Notes: generated by a model from the letters alone, not told the origin. DNA of 64,000 nt from Candidatus Latescibacterota bacterium (GCA_965206595.1 OZ242214.1:2720001-2784000); one strand, 5' to 3'. Shown: positions 48,236 through 58,770, counted from the first letter of the stretch. Translations and numbers: made by a program.

Positions 48236-50847
48236 TAACCTGCCTCCTGGACTGGAACCCGGACGACTAATCGGTCGCGTACTTCCTCATAAATCGAATA
48301 ATTCAAAAGGCGTTGCTGTACGTCTTCTACGATCTCCAAAGTGATGGCCAGTCCGTACCGTACCGGAGCGGGTATGTCTCCGGCATCGGCACGGCAATTG
48401 ACCTTGATCGAAATGTCATCTCCGTCTTCAAAGACAGTCGCCTTGCTTCCCTCAAGCACCTCGTGTTGCAACGTTCCTCTCTGTACAGCCCGGTGGTCTG
48501 CAAACAGGCGATCTGGAGCAATCTCGTTTTTTGGGTCGAACCACAGGTGGGCGACTCGATAAGCCTGGCGCATGCTGTTAACGGGTGAAAGCCAGGCAAG
48601 TGTGATAGTCAAGCGTCGACGCTCGTTTATCGCTGACAGGCTCGGAGGTAACGGGAAGGTAAATACTGCTCCTTCGCCGTCGTCGAGCTCACCAAAGCCG
48701 AGGACAGTAACCCGTTCCTCCGTGCAGCTCATCACCTTTTCGAGTTCACCCCACCCGTATCCCAGAAAGCGACCGAGATACTCCTTGAACGTCTTGCTGT
48801 TCTCTGGGGTTTTCAGTGAGGTTTCGTATTTTGCCATTGCATCTGTCCACACCGAACCATGGGCGAGTAGAGCCTTCGCAAGGACTACATCGTAACCTTC
48901 CGGCAAGTCCACCCCGGGTTGCTCACGAAGTTGGCCGATCAGGTGATACACGAGGCCTGTTCCACGGGCCGCGGCCGCGGCAGCATTGCTGGTGCCTCTG
49001 GTGTACACTGTCTGGTCCAATTGGCCAACGTTTCCTGGGGCGGCAACACGTTGCCCAGGCGGCGAGACCAATTCAGAGACCTGAAGCGTGGCCTGGGTAT
49101 GAGTGGTTCCCAGTTTTTCTCTCAGAAACTGCCTGCCGCCAGGTAGGAATAAATCCGGTTTGATGGCACGCCGATATCCAGGCCCATGGGCGCTAGCCAC
49201 GTTCGGCATACCCGTTTGAACGAACGGGTCGATCAGGTTGCCACTTGCGGGTGGGGATGCATCCTGATGAAGGGCGCCAATAGTCAGCCCGTTCAAGGTT
49301 TCGGCCGGTGACAGCAGGCGCCGGTTTCGCGTATCTGCGGCAACCGCCTGGATTACGGCCTGTTCTCGCTGGTCAGGCGAAAGCCCTTCCAAACCCTGTC
49401 GCGGAACGTCCAGCTCTATGTCTTGAGGATGGTTCCCCCCACTGACGACAAACAGAATCTGGTATTTCCAGGACAGCCAATCCAAAAGCCGCGCCCATGA
49501 GCTCATTTCTCGCAAAAGGGGGCGCATGGGATCGCAAACTGACAAGTTGACGATCCGAACGGTTGGCGCCGCAGGAGGATCCCCGTCTTCGGTCTCGAAT
49601 AAACGCCGTACTGCACGATGGATGAGATCGACAGGTAGCAGATTCGAGGGTATGGTCTCCACGAATTCTCCGCCGTAACCCCGTTGGGGCTGCAGGATCG
49701 GTCTAACGTATAGTGGCCTTTCTGCCGCTTCGTTTCCTTGGTTGAGATCCCCATGGCAGATCAGCGACGCCATGGCGGTACCGTGCTTACGTTCGCTCGC
49801 TTGGTACTCTGACTCGTACCCATCCGGATCATCGATTATCAAACGGTTTTCGAGCAATCGATGACCAGCCAGAGGCATGCCGTCGAACAGGGCTATGACC
49901 GGGGCGGCTTCGGATACCCTCGGCTGCGGACCAGGCTGAACGAGTTCATCCTCTGTGAACGGTTCCGTCTCCCCCTCCTCCGGTATTCGGACGGCACACT
50001 GCCCAACCGGACGGGCATGCATCATATCCTCGCATTGGAGCAACTGGATGTCACGGAATGCATCGGGATCTCGAGCGATCGCTTGGACCTGTGCACGAGG
50101 CAAACGTCCGAGGACGGCATGGTAGGCAATTTCAGGAATCACGCACTGCTGGATCACTTGGCCGTCCTGGGATTCTATGATGCTGCGAAGCAGGGACTCC
50201 GCCTGCTCGCGGCGATCAGTACTTCGTCTGAACCACAGTTCTGCCTGAAAGGGAACATCATCCTCCTCATGCTCCAGACGGCTTCGCCAGTCCTCGAGAA
50301 TCCCCGTCTCTTTAACCCGGTCCTCGACTCCCCACGGCCGAATGGTATGGAGATGCTCGAACGCCTGTTTCAACGGTGCCAAACCACTAGGAAACGATGC
50401 CTTGTGGTCTTTCTCCCATTTTTCGAACAAACTGTGTAACTGCCTCAGCGCTTCCTGATCGGTCATGACGAGAAATAGCTGGCCTCTCAGATGCCTATCG
50501 GGGTTTTTCTCGTCTTCGAAACCGTAATCTGGAGCAATGTCGTCGAGCTCATACTCTCCCAACCACTCCAACCCTGGGATTTTGTCGACGGTCCTGATGA
50601 AATTCTGAATCGGACCGACGGTCTCCAGCACCAGAACCTGTTCTGGAAGTAGGCCGAGTGCGTTGTTCTGAAGCGCGAGGCGTTGATTTTCCATTGCCTC
50701 TTGCAGACGCTGAAACTGTGGCGCCAACCGTTGCGCCTGCTGGGAGGGGTCAGGATTTCTAATCTTCCCCCTCGGAGGGTTACGCTTGGCACGTTCGGCA
50801 GAGACCGGCTCGGGAAACACAAGGAGCGGATAGTCGGTTTCCGCCAT
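48235..50847 (-). CDS. S8 subtilisin-like serine protease (IetS-like)
   Basis: IALFDG, HGTAMASL, VNLSV, KPDL, RGTSNAA triad motifs; no signal peptide. Confidence 0.92.
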   Translation of the reverse strand: MAETDYPLLVFPEPVSAERAKRNPPRGKIRNPDPSQQAQRLAPQFQRLQEAMENQRLALQNNALGLLPEQVLVLETVGPIQNFIRTVDKIPGLEWLGEYELDDIAPDYGFEDEKNPDRHLRGQLFLVMTDQEALRQLHSLFEKWEKDHKASFPSGLAPLKQAFEHLHTIRPWGVEDRVKETGILEDWRSRLEHEEDDVPFQAELWFRRSTDRREQAESLLRSIIESQDGQVIQQCVIPEIAYHAVLGRLPRAQVQAIARDPDAFRDIQLLQCEDMMHARPVGQCAVRIPEEGETEPFTEDELVQPGPQPRVSEAAPVIALFDGMPLAGHRLLENRLIIDDPDGYESEYQASERKHGTAMASLICHGDLNQGNEAAERPLYVRPILQPQRGYGGEFVETIPSNLLPVDLIHRAVRRLFETEDGDPPAAPTVRIVNLSVCDPMRPLLREMSSWARLLDWLSWKYQILFVVSGGNHPQDIELDVPRQGLEGLSPDQREQAVIQAVAADTRNRRLLSPAETLNGLTIGALHQDASPPASGNLIDPFVQTGMPNVASAHGPGYRRAIKPDLFLPGGRQFLREKLGTTHTQATLQVSELVSPPGQRVAAPGNVGQLDQTVYTRGTSNAAAAAARGTGLVYHLIGQLREQPGVDLPEGYDVVLAKALLAHGSVWTDAMAKYETSLKTPENSKTFKEYLGRFLGYGWGELEKVMSCTEERVTVLGFGELDDGEGAVFTFPLPPSLSAINERRRLTITLAWLSPVNSMRQAYRVAHLWFDPKNEIAPDRLFADHRAVQRGTLQHEVLEGSKATVFEDGDDISIKVNCRADAGDIPAPVRYGLAITLEIVEDVQQRLLNYSIYEEVRDRLVVRVPVQEAG

Positions 50848-50849
50848 GA

Positions 50850-51845
50850 CTATGCGCAGTTTCCGCTACCACCGGAGTGCTTAAGCGCAAATCGCTTCTT
50901 CCAATAGCGCAGCCGACGTTCCACGATCCCCTTGCTGTCGGCCCCCGGTTGGTCCAATACGATTTTTCGAAGTACATCCGTTCCGAAGTCTTCAATCTCC
51001 GCAAAGCTCAGCCCTCGAAGGCGCTGGGCCAAGCTCCGAGGCGAAAGGCCAAGCGGATGTCCATGACGGTTCTCGAAACGTCTGAACCACTCCTCGATTT
51101 GTCCCTGGGTCGGCTGCGGCAACTCCAACCGAATCTGGAAGCGCCGCCATACGGCACGGTCGAGAAGTTCCGGATGGTTGCTAGCCGTAACCACCACGAC
51201 GTAACTGGGGAGAGCGTCAATTTGGAGCAAGAGCGAACTAACGACGCGCTTGATCTCGCCAGTCTCGTGCAGGTCTCCTCGCTCTTTGCCAACTGAGTCG
51301 AATTCATCGAAGAACAGAACGCAGTGGCGCGACCTGGCCTGGTCGAAGACCTGTGCGATCCTTTGGGCGGTCTCGCCCAGGTAACTGCCGATGACGGCTT
51401 CGTAACGGACAACGAGAAACGGCACATTCAAGGCGTAGGCCAGCGCCCCCGCGAGTGTGGTCTTACCGTTCCCCGGAGGCCCGGCGAGCAATACCCGGTT
51501 CCGTGGTTCCAGACTGTAGGAGCGAAGCAGATCGGCTCGATGCTGCTCGGTCACCAGTTCGCGAATGTTCTCCTCGGCTTCGGGCGGTAAAATCAATTCT
51601 TCGAGGCAGCGACCCGGAGCTGTTTCAGCTACCAGAGGGCCTGTGGTCAAACGGTTGGAAAGAGGCCTGGACTGCCCGTTTCGCCCGTAGTCGACCTGAA
51701 GCTGGGCAAGTAGCCGGTCGGCCAGAATCGTGTGATTCTTTGCGCGCTCGTCTGCCGCTAGCGCTTCCACTGCCTTGCGCACCTGGAGGTCGTCGCCCTG
51801 CCTGCTTGCCTTGATCAGTTTCAGGATCAGATCGGATCGCGCCAT
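50850..51845 (-). CDS. AAA+ ATPase (IetA-like) paired with the S8 protease
   Basis: GPPGNGKT, SYLGET, FFDEFD, GEIKRVV, LDRAVWRRF. Confidence 0.93.
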   Translation of the reverse strand: MARSDLILKLIKASRQGDDLQVRKAVEALAADERAKNHTILADRLLAQLQVDYGRNGQSRPLSNRLTTGPLVAETAPGRCLEELILPPEAEENIRELVTEQHRADLLRSYSLEPRNRVLLAGPPGNGKTTLAGALAYALNVPFLVVRYEAVIGSYLGETAQRIAQVFDQARSRHCVLFFDEFDSVGKERGDLHETGEIKRVVSSLLLQIDALPSYVVVVTASNHPELLDRAVWRRFQIRLELPQPTQGQIEEWFRRFENRHGHPLGLSPRSLAQRLRGLSFAEIEDFGTDVLRKIVLDQPGADSKGIVERRLRYWKKRFALKHSGGSGNCA

Positions 51846-52062
51846 GGTTACCTCCTGTCACTCCCAGTAACTGAGCCTTCCGCTCCCCTTTAGCTTGTTG
51901 ATCTCGGGGGACTCGTAGATTGGATGGATATAATTATAATGTCCGGAAAAATCATCATTTTAGCGGCGTGGTTCTCGCATGAGACAAAGACGGGTGGAAG
52001 GCTCCATGCCATTTCCGTCGAAGCGGCTGAAGGGTTTGAGCAATCCACATTGCGGGGTAACC

Positions 52063-52282
52063 TCATACCAGGAGAACCTCATCGCGGACGAAGTGAAGGT
52101 GAATCACCTTGGGCCGCGGCATGGTGTGGTCGAAATGGCAAAGCACCGCGTCTCGCACCATGGCCTTCAGGTCGTTCCAGTCTTCGCCCTGCGTATGGAT
52201 GCCATATCCAAGCGCACTTGCCGTGTAACCCCCATCTATTTCGTTTTTCGCTGACTGCAAAGATGATTTCGGTGCTGGACAT
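52063..52282 (-). pseudogene. HicB-like antitoxin, frameshifted, followed by a HicA-like start remnant (MRLPRNV at 52066)
   Basis: EIIFAV/EIDGGYTASALGYGIHTQG...VRDAVLCHF. Confidence 0.65.
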
Positions 52283-52318
52283 CGCTCGCTCCTGCGGTAT
52301 CAGTTTCTCTCTCTTGGC

Positions 52319-52534
52319 TCAGTCGTCGCGACTATCTGTTGGCTCAGCCTGCGTTGATTGGCGCAATCGCGCCGCCAATTCTTCCAGCACGGGGTCGGAA
52401 TACCGCTTGGAATTGAACCACTCTATCCGTTCGTCAATCGTCATGTGGGCGGTTTCGGCGGTAATGCGGGCGCGGGCTTCGCGCATGAATTTGACGCAGT
52501 CGAATTTCTTCTTGGTGGGACGGGCTTCAGTCAT
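52319..52534 (-). CDS. Small protein, candidate antitoxin for the PIN domain
   Basis: KKFDCVKFMREAR; overlaps the end of the PIN domain. Confidence 0.6.
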   Translation of the reverse strand: MTEARPTKKKFDCVKFMREARARITAETAHMTIDERIEWFNSKRYSDPVLEELAARLRQSTQAEPTDSRDD

Positions 52535-55124
52535 GGACGATTTCCTCCGGCGTGCGAATGTCGATGGCAGGGTATCCATTCTGACAATTTACCTCGTTGC
52601 ATGCCCTGATGCGTCGCCAGTTCACCATGTGCCTGAAATTCCAGCTCACCAGGACATCGGCCTTGGCCAAAGTCGCGAGAGCGATGTGCAGCGCATCGTT
52701 CAGGTTGGCCCCACCCATGGCCCCAGCCGAGATGTAGGCATCGGCGAGCTCTTCTGCCTCTCTTGAAGTGGCGAGCAGCTCCGCGTGTTCCGGGGGAACG
52801 ATGCTGGTGGCCTGCCTGACGGGGGGCGGAGCATCCGCAAGTTCATCCAGAGTGATGCCCGAGAGGAGCATCCTGGCTTCGCCTTGGCAAAACGCCGCGA
52901 ACAGTTTCATGGATTGCTCGCGGAATTCATCGTCATGGCAGCCGCCGATCACCGAGGTATCCACATAAATGCGTGGCTTGCCGTACACAGCCGACGGTTC
53001 GCGCACCATCGGCAGATCGTCCAACAGCCCTTCCGTTTCTCTCTCCAGCGCCAGGATGTCGGCCCGAATCTCCGCCAGCGTTCGCATCGGCTGCGGCTTG
53101 TAGAAGTACCGGGTGAAGCTGATCTCGTAGCCGATTCTCACGCTGTCCGCTTGGTACCAGGCGTCAGCGGCATAGGGCAGGACCTCCCGCCGCAGGAACG
53201 CTTCGATGCCGCCTTCTTCCTGCAGCGGGATCTGCTCGGTGTCGCGCAGGTCGGTGTCCGGCTCGTACTCCACCACCACGGGCCTGCCGTTCACCGTAGC
53301 CTCGAACCGGCCGCGCAGCGGGTCGGCCTCCGTGCCTCGTTTGTGGATCTTGCTGACAACCGGCTCCGCGGATTCGTCCCGCTCCCCCAGCGACGTCCGG
53401 AGCAGCTTCTTGCGCTTGGCGGTCAGCTTGACCCCGCACCCGGAGCAGTCGTTCGCTACGGCAATCATGAACAGGTTGAAGTCGGGATGCGGTCCCGGGC
53501 CGAGTTGGCCGGCCACGCGATCGGCGACGTTCGCAACCGGTTCTTCGTCCGCCTCGCCACAGGCTCGCCGGAATTTATCGCGTCGTTCCAGCGACAGGTC
53601 GACCTTCAGCCGCAGCGGCCGCTCGACCGTCACCTTCCAGTAGCCGAAGGCGGCGTTGTCGAAGATCTTGCTCTGCTCGCTCTCCTCGAAGGCGAGGAAG
53701 GTGTCGCAGATGCGCTGGATGTCCGCCTCGCCGAGCTCGCAGTTCTTCTTGCCCAGGTTCTTGCGCAGCGGCCCGTGCCATTCGGTGGCGTCGATCAACT
53801 GCACCTTGCCCCGGCGATGCTCGGGCTTGCGGTTGGTGAGCACCCAGACGTAGGTGGCGATGCCGGTGTTGTAGAACATGTTGAGCGGTAGGGCGACGAT
53901 CGCCTCCAGCCAGTCGTTTTCGATCATCCAGCGACGGATGTTGCTCTCGCCCTGGCCGGCGTCGCCGGTGAACAGGGAGCTGCCGTTGTGGACCTCGGCG
54001 ATGCGGCTGCCTCCCTGCTTCATCTTGGAGAGCTTGTTGGCGAGGAAGAGCATCTGGCCGTCGCTGGAGCGGGTGACCAGGGAATACTCGGGATCGCCGT
54101 CGTGCTCGATCACGAAGCGCGGGTCGCGCATGTCGCTCTTGCCGCCCATGCGCTCGAGGTCGGTCTTCCAGCTCTTGCCGTAGGGCGGATTGGAGAGCAT
54201 GAAGTCGAACTCGCGCGACGGGAAGGCGTCGTTGGCCAGGGTGGAGTGCTCGGGGCCGCCGACGATGTTGTCGGCCGCGTCCCCTTCCCCCTTCAGCAGC
54301 AGGTCGGCCTTGCAGATGGCGTAGGTCTCGGCATTGATCTCCTGGCCGTAAAGGTGGGTGGAGACCTGCTTGCCGTGCTCGGCGGCGAGCTGCTGCAGCA
54401 CGTCCTCGGCCACGGTCAGCATGCCGCCGGTGCCGCAGGCCCCGTCGTAGATCAGGTAGGTTCCGGACTTGATCCGGTCGGCGACGGGCAGGAAGACGAG
54501 CTTCGCCATCAGGGTCACGGCGTCGCGCGGGGTCCAGTGCTCGCCCGCCTCCTCGTTGTTCTCCTCGTTGAAGCGCCGGATCAGCTCCTCGAAGATCGTG
54601 CCCATGCCGTGGTTATCGAGGCCGGGGTGCCTGACCGTACCGTCGGCGTTGCGCACCGGGGCCGGGCTCAGGTTGATGTCGGGTGAGGTCAGCTTCTCGA
54701 TCAGCGTGCCGAGGGCGTCGGCCCTGGATAGCCTCGGGACCTGGTTGCGGAACTCGAAGTTTTCGAGGATGTCCTGGACGCTGGGCGAGAAGCCGTCGAG
54801 CCAGGCCCGGAAGTCGGCTTCGAGCTGCTGGCGGTTGGCGCGGGCGCGCAGGTCGCTGAGGGTGAACTTCGAGGTGTTGTAGAAGGCCTGTCCCGCGATT
54901 TGCCGCAGGGTGGCGTCCTGCTCGACGACGCCGGCGTCGTCGAGGGTGGTCTTCATGTCGAGGACCGCCTGCTTGCTGCCTTCAAGCACCGCGTCGAGGC
55001 GGCGCAGCACGGTCATCGGCAGGATCACGTCGCGGTACTTGCCGCGCACGTAGAGGTCGCGCAGGACGTCGTCGGCGATGCCCCAGATGTAGTTCGCGAT
55101 CCAGTTCAGGTCGCCGTTGCTCAT
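52527..55124 (-). CDS. hsdM: Type I methyltransferase subunit M, fused in frame to a C-terminal PIN domain
   Basis: IWGIADDVLR, GEHWTPR, YDGACGTGG, SNPPYG, GYEISFTRYFY; then RIYVDTSVIGG...DALHIA...SWNFRH. Confidence 0.95.
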   Translation of the reverse strand: MSNGDLNWIANYIWGIADDVLRDLYVRGKYRDVILPMTVLRRLDAVLEGSKQAVLDMKTTLDDAGVVEQDATLRQIAGQAFYNTSKFTLSDLRARANRQQLEADFRAWLDGFSPSVQDILENFEFRNQVPRLSRADALGTLIEKLTSPDINLSPAPVRNADGTVRHPGLDNHGMGTIFEELIRRFNEENNEEAGEHWTPRDAVTLMAKLVFLPVADRIKSGTYLIYDGACGTGGMLTVAEDVLQQLAAEHGKQVSTHLYGQEINAETYAICKADLLLKGEGDAADNIVGGPEHSTLANDAFPSREFDFMLSNPPYGKSWKTDLERMGGKSDMRDPRFVIEHDGDPEYSLVTRSSDGQMLFLANKLSKMKQGGSRIAEVHNGSSLFTGDAGQGESNIRRWMIENDWLEAIVALPLNMFYNTGIATYVWVLTNRKPEHRRGKVQLIDATEWHGPLRKNLGKKNCELGEADIQRICDTFLAFEESEQSKIFDNAAFGYWKVTVERPLRLKVDLSLERRDKFRRACGEADEEPVANVADRVAGQLGPGPHPDFNLFMIAVANDCSGCGVKLTAKRKKLLRTSLGERDESAEPVVSKIHKRGTEADPLRGRFEATVNGRPVVVEYEPDTDLRDTEQIPLQEEGGIEAFLRREVLPYAADAWYQADSVRIGYEISFTRYFYKPQPMRTLAEIRADILALERETEGLLDDLPMVREPSAVYGKPRIYVDTSVIGGCHDDEFREQSMKLFAAFCQGEARMLLSGITLDELADAPPPVRQATSIVPPEHAELLATSREAEELADAYISAGAMGGANLNDALHIALATLAKADVLVSWNFRHMVNWRRIRACNEVNCQNGYPAIDIRTPEEIVHD

Positions 55125-55256
55125 GTTCGTGCTGCTCCTCTACGGGGGCTTTTGGCGGTGGATTGGTGCTGGCTATCGGGCATCTTCGTTCCTCTGCAAC
55201 CGATGTATCCGAAGTAGCGATCTGAATTTCAAAGATATCACCTGGTCCACCGGCAC

Positions 55257-56339
55257 CTACCGGTAGCGCTCCGCGAACACCCTGACCCCGGTGCGCACCG
55301 TCGTCAGGGCCAGCTCCACCCGCTGCGCGAAAGAGCCGTACATCCCCATCTCGGTGCCGAACGCCAGGCCGTGCCGGCGCGAGGCGTAGTCCATCAGGTT
55401 GAGGCCCTCCCCGCGCCTGATGGCGTCGAGCCAGAAGACCGCCTGCTGCGAGCACGTGAACCACTTGGACGGGGCGTCGTCGTCCCCGGCGAGGGTGACC
55501 CCGGTGGCGGCGATCTCGCCGATGATCTCCCGCGCCGCCCGCTCCTCCCAGCGCTGGCTTTCCTCGTCCGGCTGCCGCCGCGCCGACAGCCAGAAGCGAT
55601 CCTCCATCAGCGAGGATTCGTGCAGGTCGAAGCTGATCCCGGGCTCGATCTCCTCCATGAAGCGGCGCGTCAGCCGCGGTTCCACCGGCGCCCAGGAGGT
55701 ATCGTGAAAGCGGTTGATGTGCAGGATCTCGCCGTCGAAGCCGATGATCAGGGTGTAGGCGCGCCCGAAGTCCCCGGTCCCTTCGACACCGGGCTGGCCG
55801 GGGTTCATGTACACGCGCCGGCCCTACACCGGCTCGAGGACCTCCGGTTCCTCCCTGAACAGCCGCTGCAGCCGCTCGAAGAAGAAGATCTGCGTGCAGG
55901 CCCGCTCCGGCCGCGGGCGGCTCAGGGCGTACCCGTACTCCCCGATCAGCGCGAGAACGAGGTCCTCCTCCTCGAACAGCACGTCCCCCTGTTGCCGCAG
56001 CAGGGACTCGAGCTCGTCGTAGGAGCCGAATTCCGGGGCTTCCCCGAGGCCGAGGCCGAGGGCATGGGGGAAGCCGTTGAGGCCGACCGGATCCCGGGTC
56101 GGGATGACGTACACTGCGTGCTCGGTGTCGAGCCCGTCGATCAGCTCGACCGCGGCGCTGACCCCGGCGTGCTCGGTCGAGTGGCTGCCCGCGGTGATGA
56201 AGACGGCCGGCGTTTTGTTTCCGCCGCCGCGGGCGGCTATCAGGGGGGAGCCGTCGACGGTGTGCCCGAGGGTGCGCACCTGCCGGCTGCGGCGCCGCAC
56301 CTCGTCGAGGAGCTCTTCGTATTTCCAGTAGATTTTCAT
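55257..56339 (-). pseudogene. M14/succinylglutamate desuccinylase-like Zn hydrolase with one in-frame TAG (55824-55826)
   Basis: GSHSTE, DPVG, INRF, DLHE; both halves are in the same frame. Confidence 0.7.
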
Positions 56340-56464
56340 GGTATCCTCGAGCGGTGGTGGGACAGGAAAGGGATGAACCTGGATAGCATTCTCTTCTTGA
56401 CAATCGTCTGCATTGCAGTCATATCAACAAGCAAGACCTTGCTCGCCCAGGGAGAAACCACCAA

Positions 56465-56671
56465 ATGAATTGGGGTGATCTGATTTCAATCATTGCGGCG
56501 ATAGTTGCCGCAACCGCGGTCAATGTTACCGGATTCCTGTATCTCAGCAGCCGTATCGACACGCTGACGGGGAATATCGCGAGACATGGAGAGCGTCTGG
56601 TCCGAATCGAGGAACGGATGAAGATAGCCTCCGCCGAAGCCTTCCAGGAACCACCAGGTCAGGGGCAGTAA
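56465..56671 (+). CDS. Small TM plus coiled-coil protein
   Basis: GGAG RBS; hydrophobic N-terminus; ERLVRIEERM. Confidence 0.65.
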   Translation: MNWGDLISIIAAIVAATAVNVTGFLYLSSRIDTLTGNIARHGERLVRIEERMKIASAEAFQEPPGQGQ

Positions 56672-56877
56672 TGGACTGGAGCAGCTTCATCGCGCCTGGC
56701 GTTGTCGGGGCTTTGCTCGGGCTGTACCTCAAGAGCATCAGCCAGCGTATCGACGAGATGGGCAAGCGACTTGATGCCCTGCAGACCGAAGTGACTGCGC
56801 AAGGCAAGGCGCTTGCGCGAATAGAGGGCCGGCTCGACCCCTACGACCGCACAACGAGTAGCCCATCCCCTGAATAA
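56671..56877 (+). CDS. Small TM plus coiled-coil protein, paralogue-like
   Basis: TAATG overlap; KALARIEGRL. Confidence 0.65.
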   Translation: MDWSSFIAPGVVGALLGLYLKSISQRIDEMGKRLDALQTEVTAQGKALARIEGRLDPYDRTTSSPSPE

Positions 56878-56886
56878 CCCGACAAG

Positions 56887-56921
56887 CCCCCGGAATCGGT
56901 CCGGTTCCGGGGGTATTTTGT
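56887..56921 (+). terminator. Rho-independent terminator
   Basis: CCCCCGGAATCGG-T-CCGGTTCCGGGGG followed by TATTTTGT. Confidence 0.75.
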
Positions 56922-57035
56922 ATCCCCCCGACAGAATTCGGAAACAGATACAGGAGCATTCCGCGAAACCGCCCGACGCGGATTCCGCGCGGGCCTCTGC
57001 CGCTCGTTCCCACACGGAACTTCGCGCCCTCCGCC

Positions 57036-57806
57036 CTATATCGCGGTCCAGCCGCCGTCGACGTAGAGGGTCTGCCCGGTAATCAGTCCGGCCGCGTCGC
57101 TGGCGAGAAACACCGCCGCTCCGGTGACGTCCTCCGGCATGCCGACCCTCCCCATGGGAATGCGGGCGAGCAGGTCCTGCCTGATGTCGGGGTCGTCGAA
57201 CGAGGACTGCGTCAGCGCCGTGAGGATGAAGGTGGGGCCGATGGCGTTGACGTTGATGCCGTAGGGGGCCCACTCGATCGCCAGCACCCGGGTGAGGTTG
57301 ACGACCCCCGCCTTGCTCGAGCAGTAGGCGGCGCGGTTGTAGTACCCGACCGCGCCCATGATGCTGGCGAGGTTGACGATGCGGCCGCCGCCCGCATCCC
57401 TCATTCGCCTGGCCATCCGCTGCGACAGGAAGAACAGCCCTTTGAGGTTGACCCCGAGGATGCGGTCCCAGTCCTCCTCGGTGACGTCGAGGGCCGCGGC
57501 CGGGGCGTTGACTCCGGCGTTGTTGACGAGGATGTCGACGCGGCCCATCTCCGCCCAGGCGCTCTCGGTGAAGGCGTCGATGCTGCCGAGGTCCGGCAAC
57601 TTCAGGGGCAGGGGGAGGGCCTTCCTGCCCCCGGCTCGCACCGCCTCGCAGACCGGATCGAGATCCCCCATGCGCTCAGGCAGCTCGCCGAGCACGCAGT
57701 CCGCTCCCGCCGCGGCCAGGGCCCGGCACAGGGCGCTGCCGATGCCGCCGCCCGCCCCCGACACCGCGGCGACCTTGCCGTCGAGGCGCATCGAGAGATC
57801 GCTCAT
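57036..57806 (-). CDS. Short-chain dehydrogenase/reductase
   Basis: GAGGGIG, NNAG, YCSSK, ITGQTLYVDGG. Confidence 0.95.
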   Translation of the reverse strand: MSDLSMRLDGKVAAVSGAGGGIGSALCRALAAAGADCVLGELPERMGDLDPVCEAVRAGGRKALPLPLKLPDLGSIDAFTESAWAEMGRVDILVNNAGVNAPAAALDVTEEDWDRILGVNLKGLFFLSQRMARRMRDAGGGRIVNLASIMGAVGYYNRAAYCSSKAGVVNLTRVLAIEWAPYGINVNAIGPTFILTALTQSSFDDPDIRQDLLARIPMGRVGMPEDVTGAAVFLASDAAGLITGQTLYVDGGWTAI

Positions 57807-58711
57807 CCTTCCTCCTCCTCCTCCGGGGAGCGCACCTCCACCCCCATGACCTGCTCCCACACCTTGATCATCGCCCCCTTGCTTTGCTCTCCGAAGCCGC
57901 GCGCCAGCGCCGTCTTGTAAGTCTGCATCGCCGCCGCGGCGACCGGCAGCGGCACCTGCAGGGCGTCGGCGTTCTCCATCACCGTCTTCATGTCCTTGAA
58001 GGCGGCCCCCATCGGGTAGCCCTCGTCGAACACCCCCCTGAGGGCGCGCTCGGCGAAGTAGTCGAAGCCGTAGCTCTGCCCCGAGCCCGAGCCCACCACC
58101 CGGCGCACCTTCTCCGGGTCGAGGCCGAGCCGCACGGCAAAGGGGAGCATCTCCGCCATGGCGGCGCAGGAGATGTTGTAGAGGACGTTGTTGGCCATCT
58201 TGGCGAGCTGCCCGTTGCCGGACTCCCCCATGTGAAGGACGAGGCTGCCGATCCGCTCCAGCACCGGCAGGACCGCGGCGAAGGCGTCCTCGTCGCCCCC
58301 CACCATCACGGTCAGGGTGCCCGCTTCGGCGCGGGTCTCCATCCCGGTCACCGGGGCGTCGAGGAAGAAGGCGCCGCGGCCGGCGAAGCGGCGGGCGGCG
58401 GCGCGGGTGTACTCCGGGTGGGTGGTGCCGCAGTCGACGACGATGTCCCCCTCCTCCAGGGATGCGAACAACCCCCCTTCCCCGAACACCACCTCGCCGA
58501 CGGCATCCGCGTCCGGCAGGGAGAGCAGAATGCGGTTGCAGGTCCCGGCGATATCGGTGACATTGTCAGCCGCCTCGGCTCCCTTGGCGGCGAGCTCGGC
58601 CACCGCATCCTCGCGCAAGTCGAAGACCGACGTGGGAAAGCCGCCGCAGACGTTGGCTGCCATGCGCCACCCCATCGAACCGAGACCGATGAACCCGACT
58701 TTTTCCTTCAA
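57803..58711 (-). CDS. 3-hydroxyisobutyrate dehydrogenase-family oxidoreductase
   Basis: GFIGLGSMG, DAPVTG, GQLAKMANN. Confidence 0.93.
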   Translation of the reverse strand: MKEKVGFIGLGSMGWRMAANVCGGFPTSVFDLREDAVAELAAKGAEAADNVTDIAGTCNRILLSLPDADAVGEVVFGEGGLFASLEEGDIVVDCGTTHPEYTRAAARRFAGRGAFFLDAPVTGMETRAEAGTLTVMVGGDEDAFAAVLPVLERIGSLVLHMGESGNGQLAKMANNVLYNISCAAMAEMLPFAVRLGLDPEKVRRVVGSGSGQSYGFDYFAERALRGVFDEGYPMGAAFKDMKTVMENADALQVPLPVAAAAMQTYKTALARGFGEQSKGAMIKVWEQVMGVEVRSPEEEEEG

Positions 58712-58770
58712 CCGTTCACCCCTTTCTCTTTCCTGACGCCGCCGACCCCGGCCGTCCGAAGCCGCCGCTC

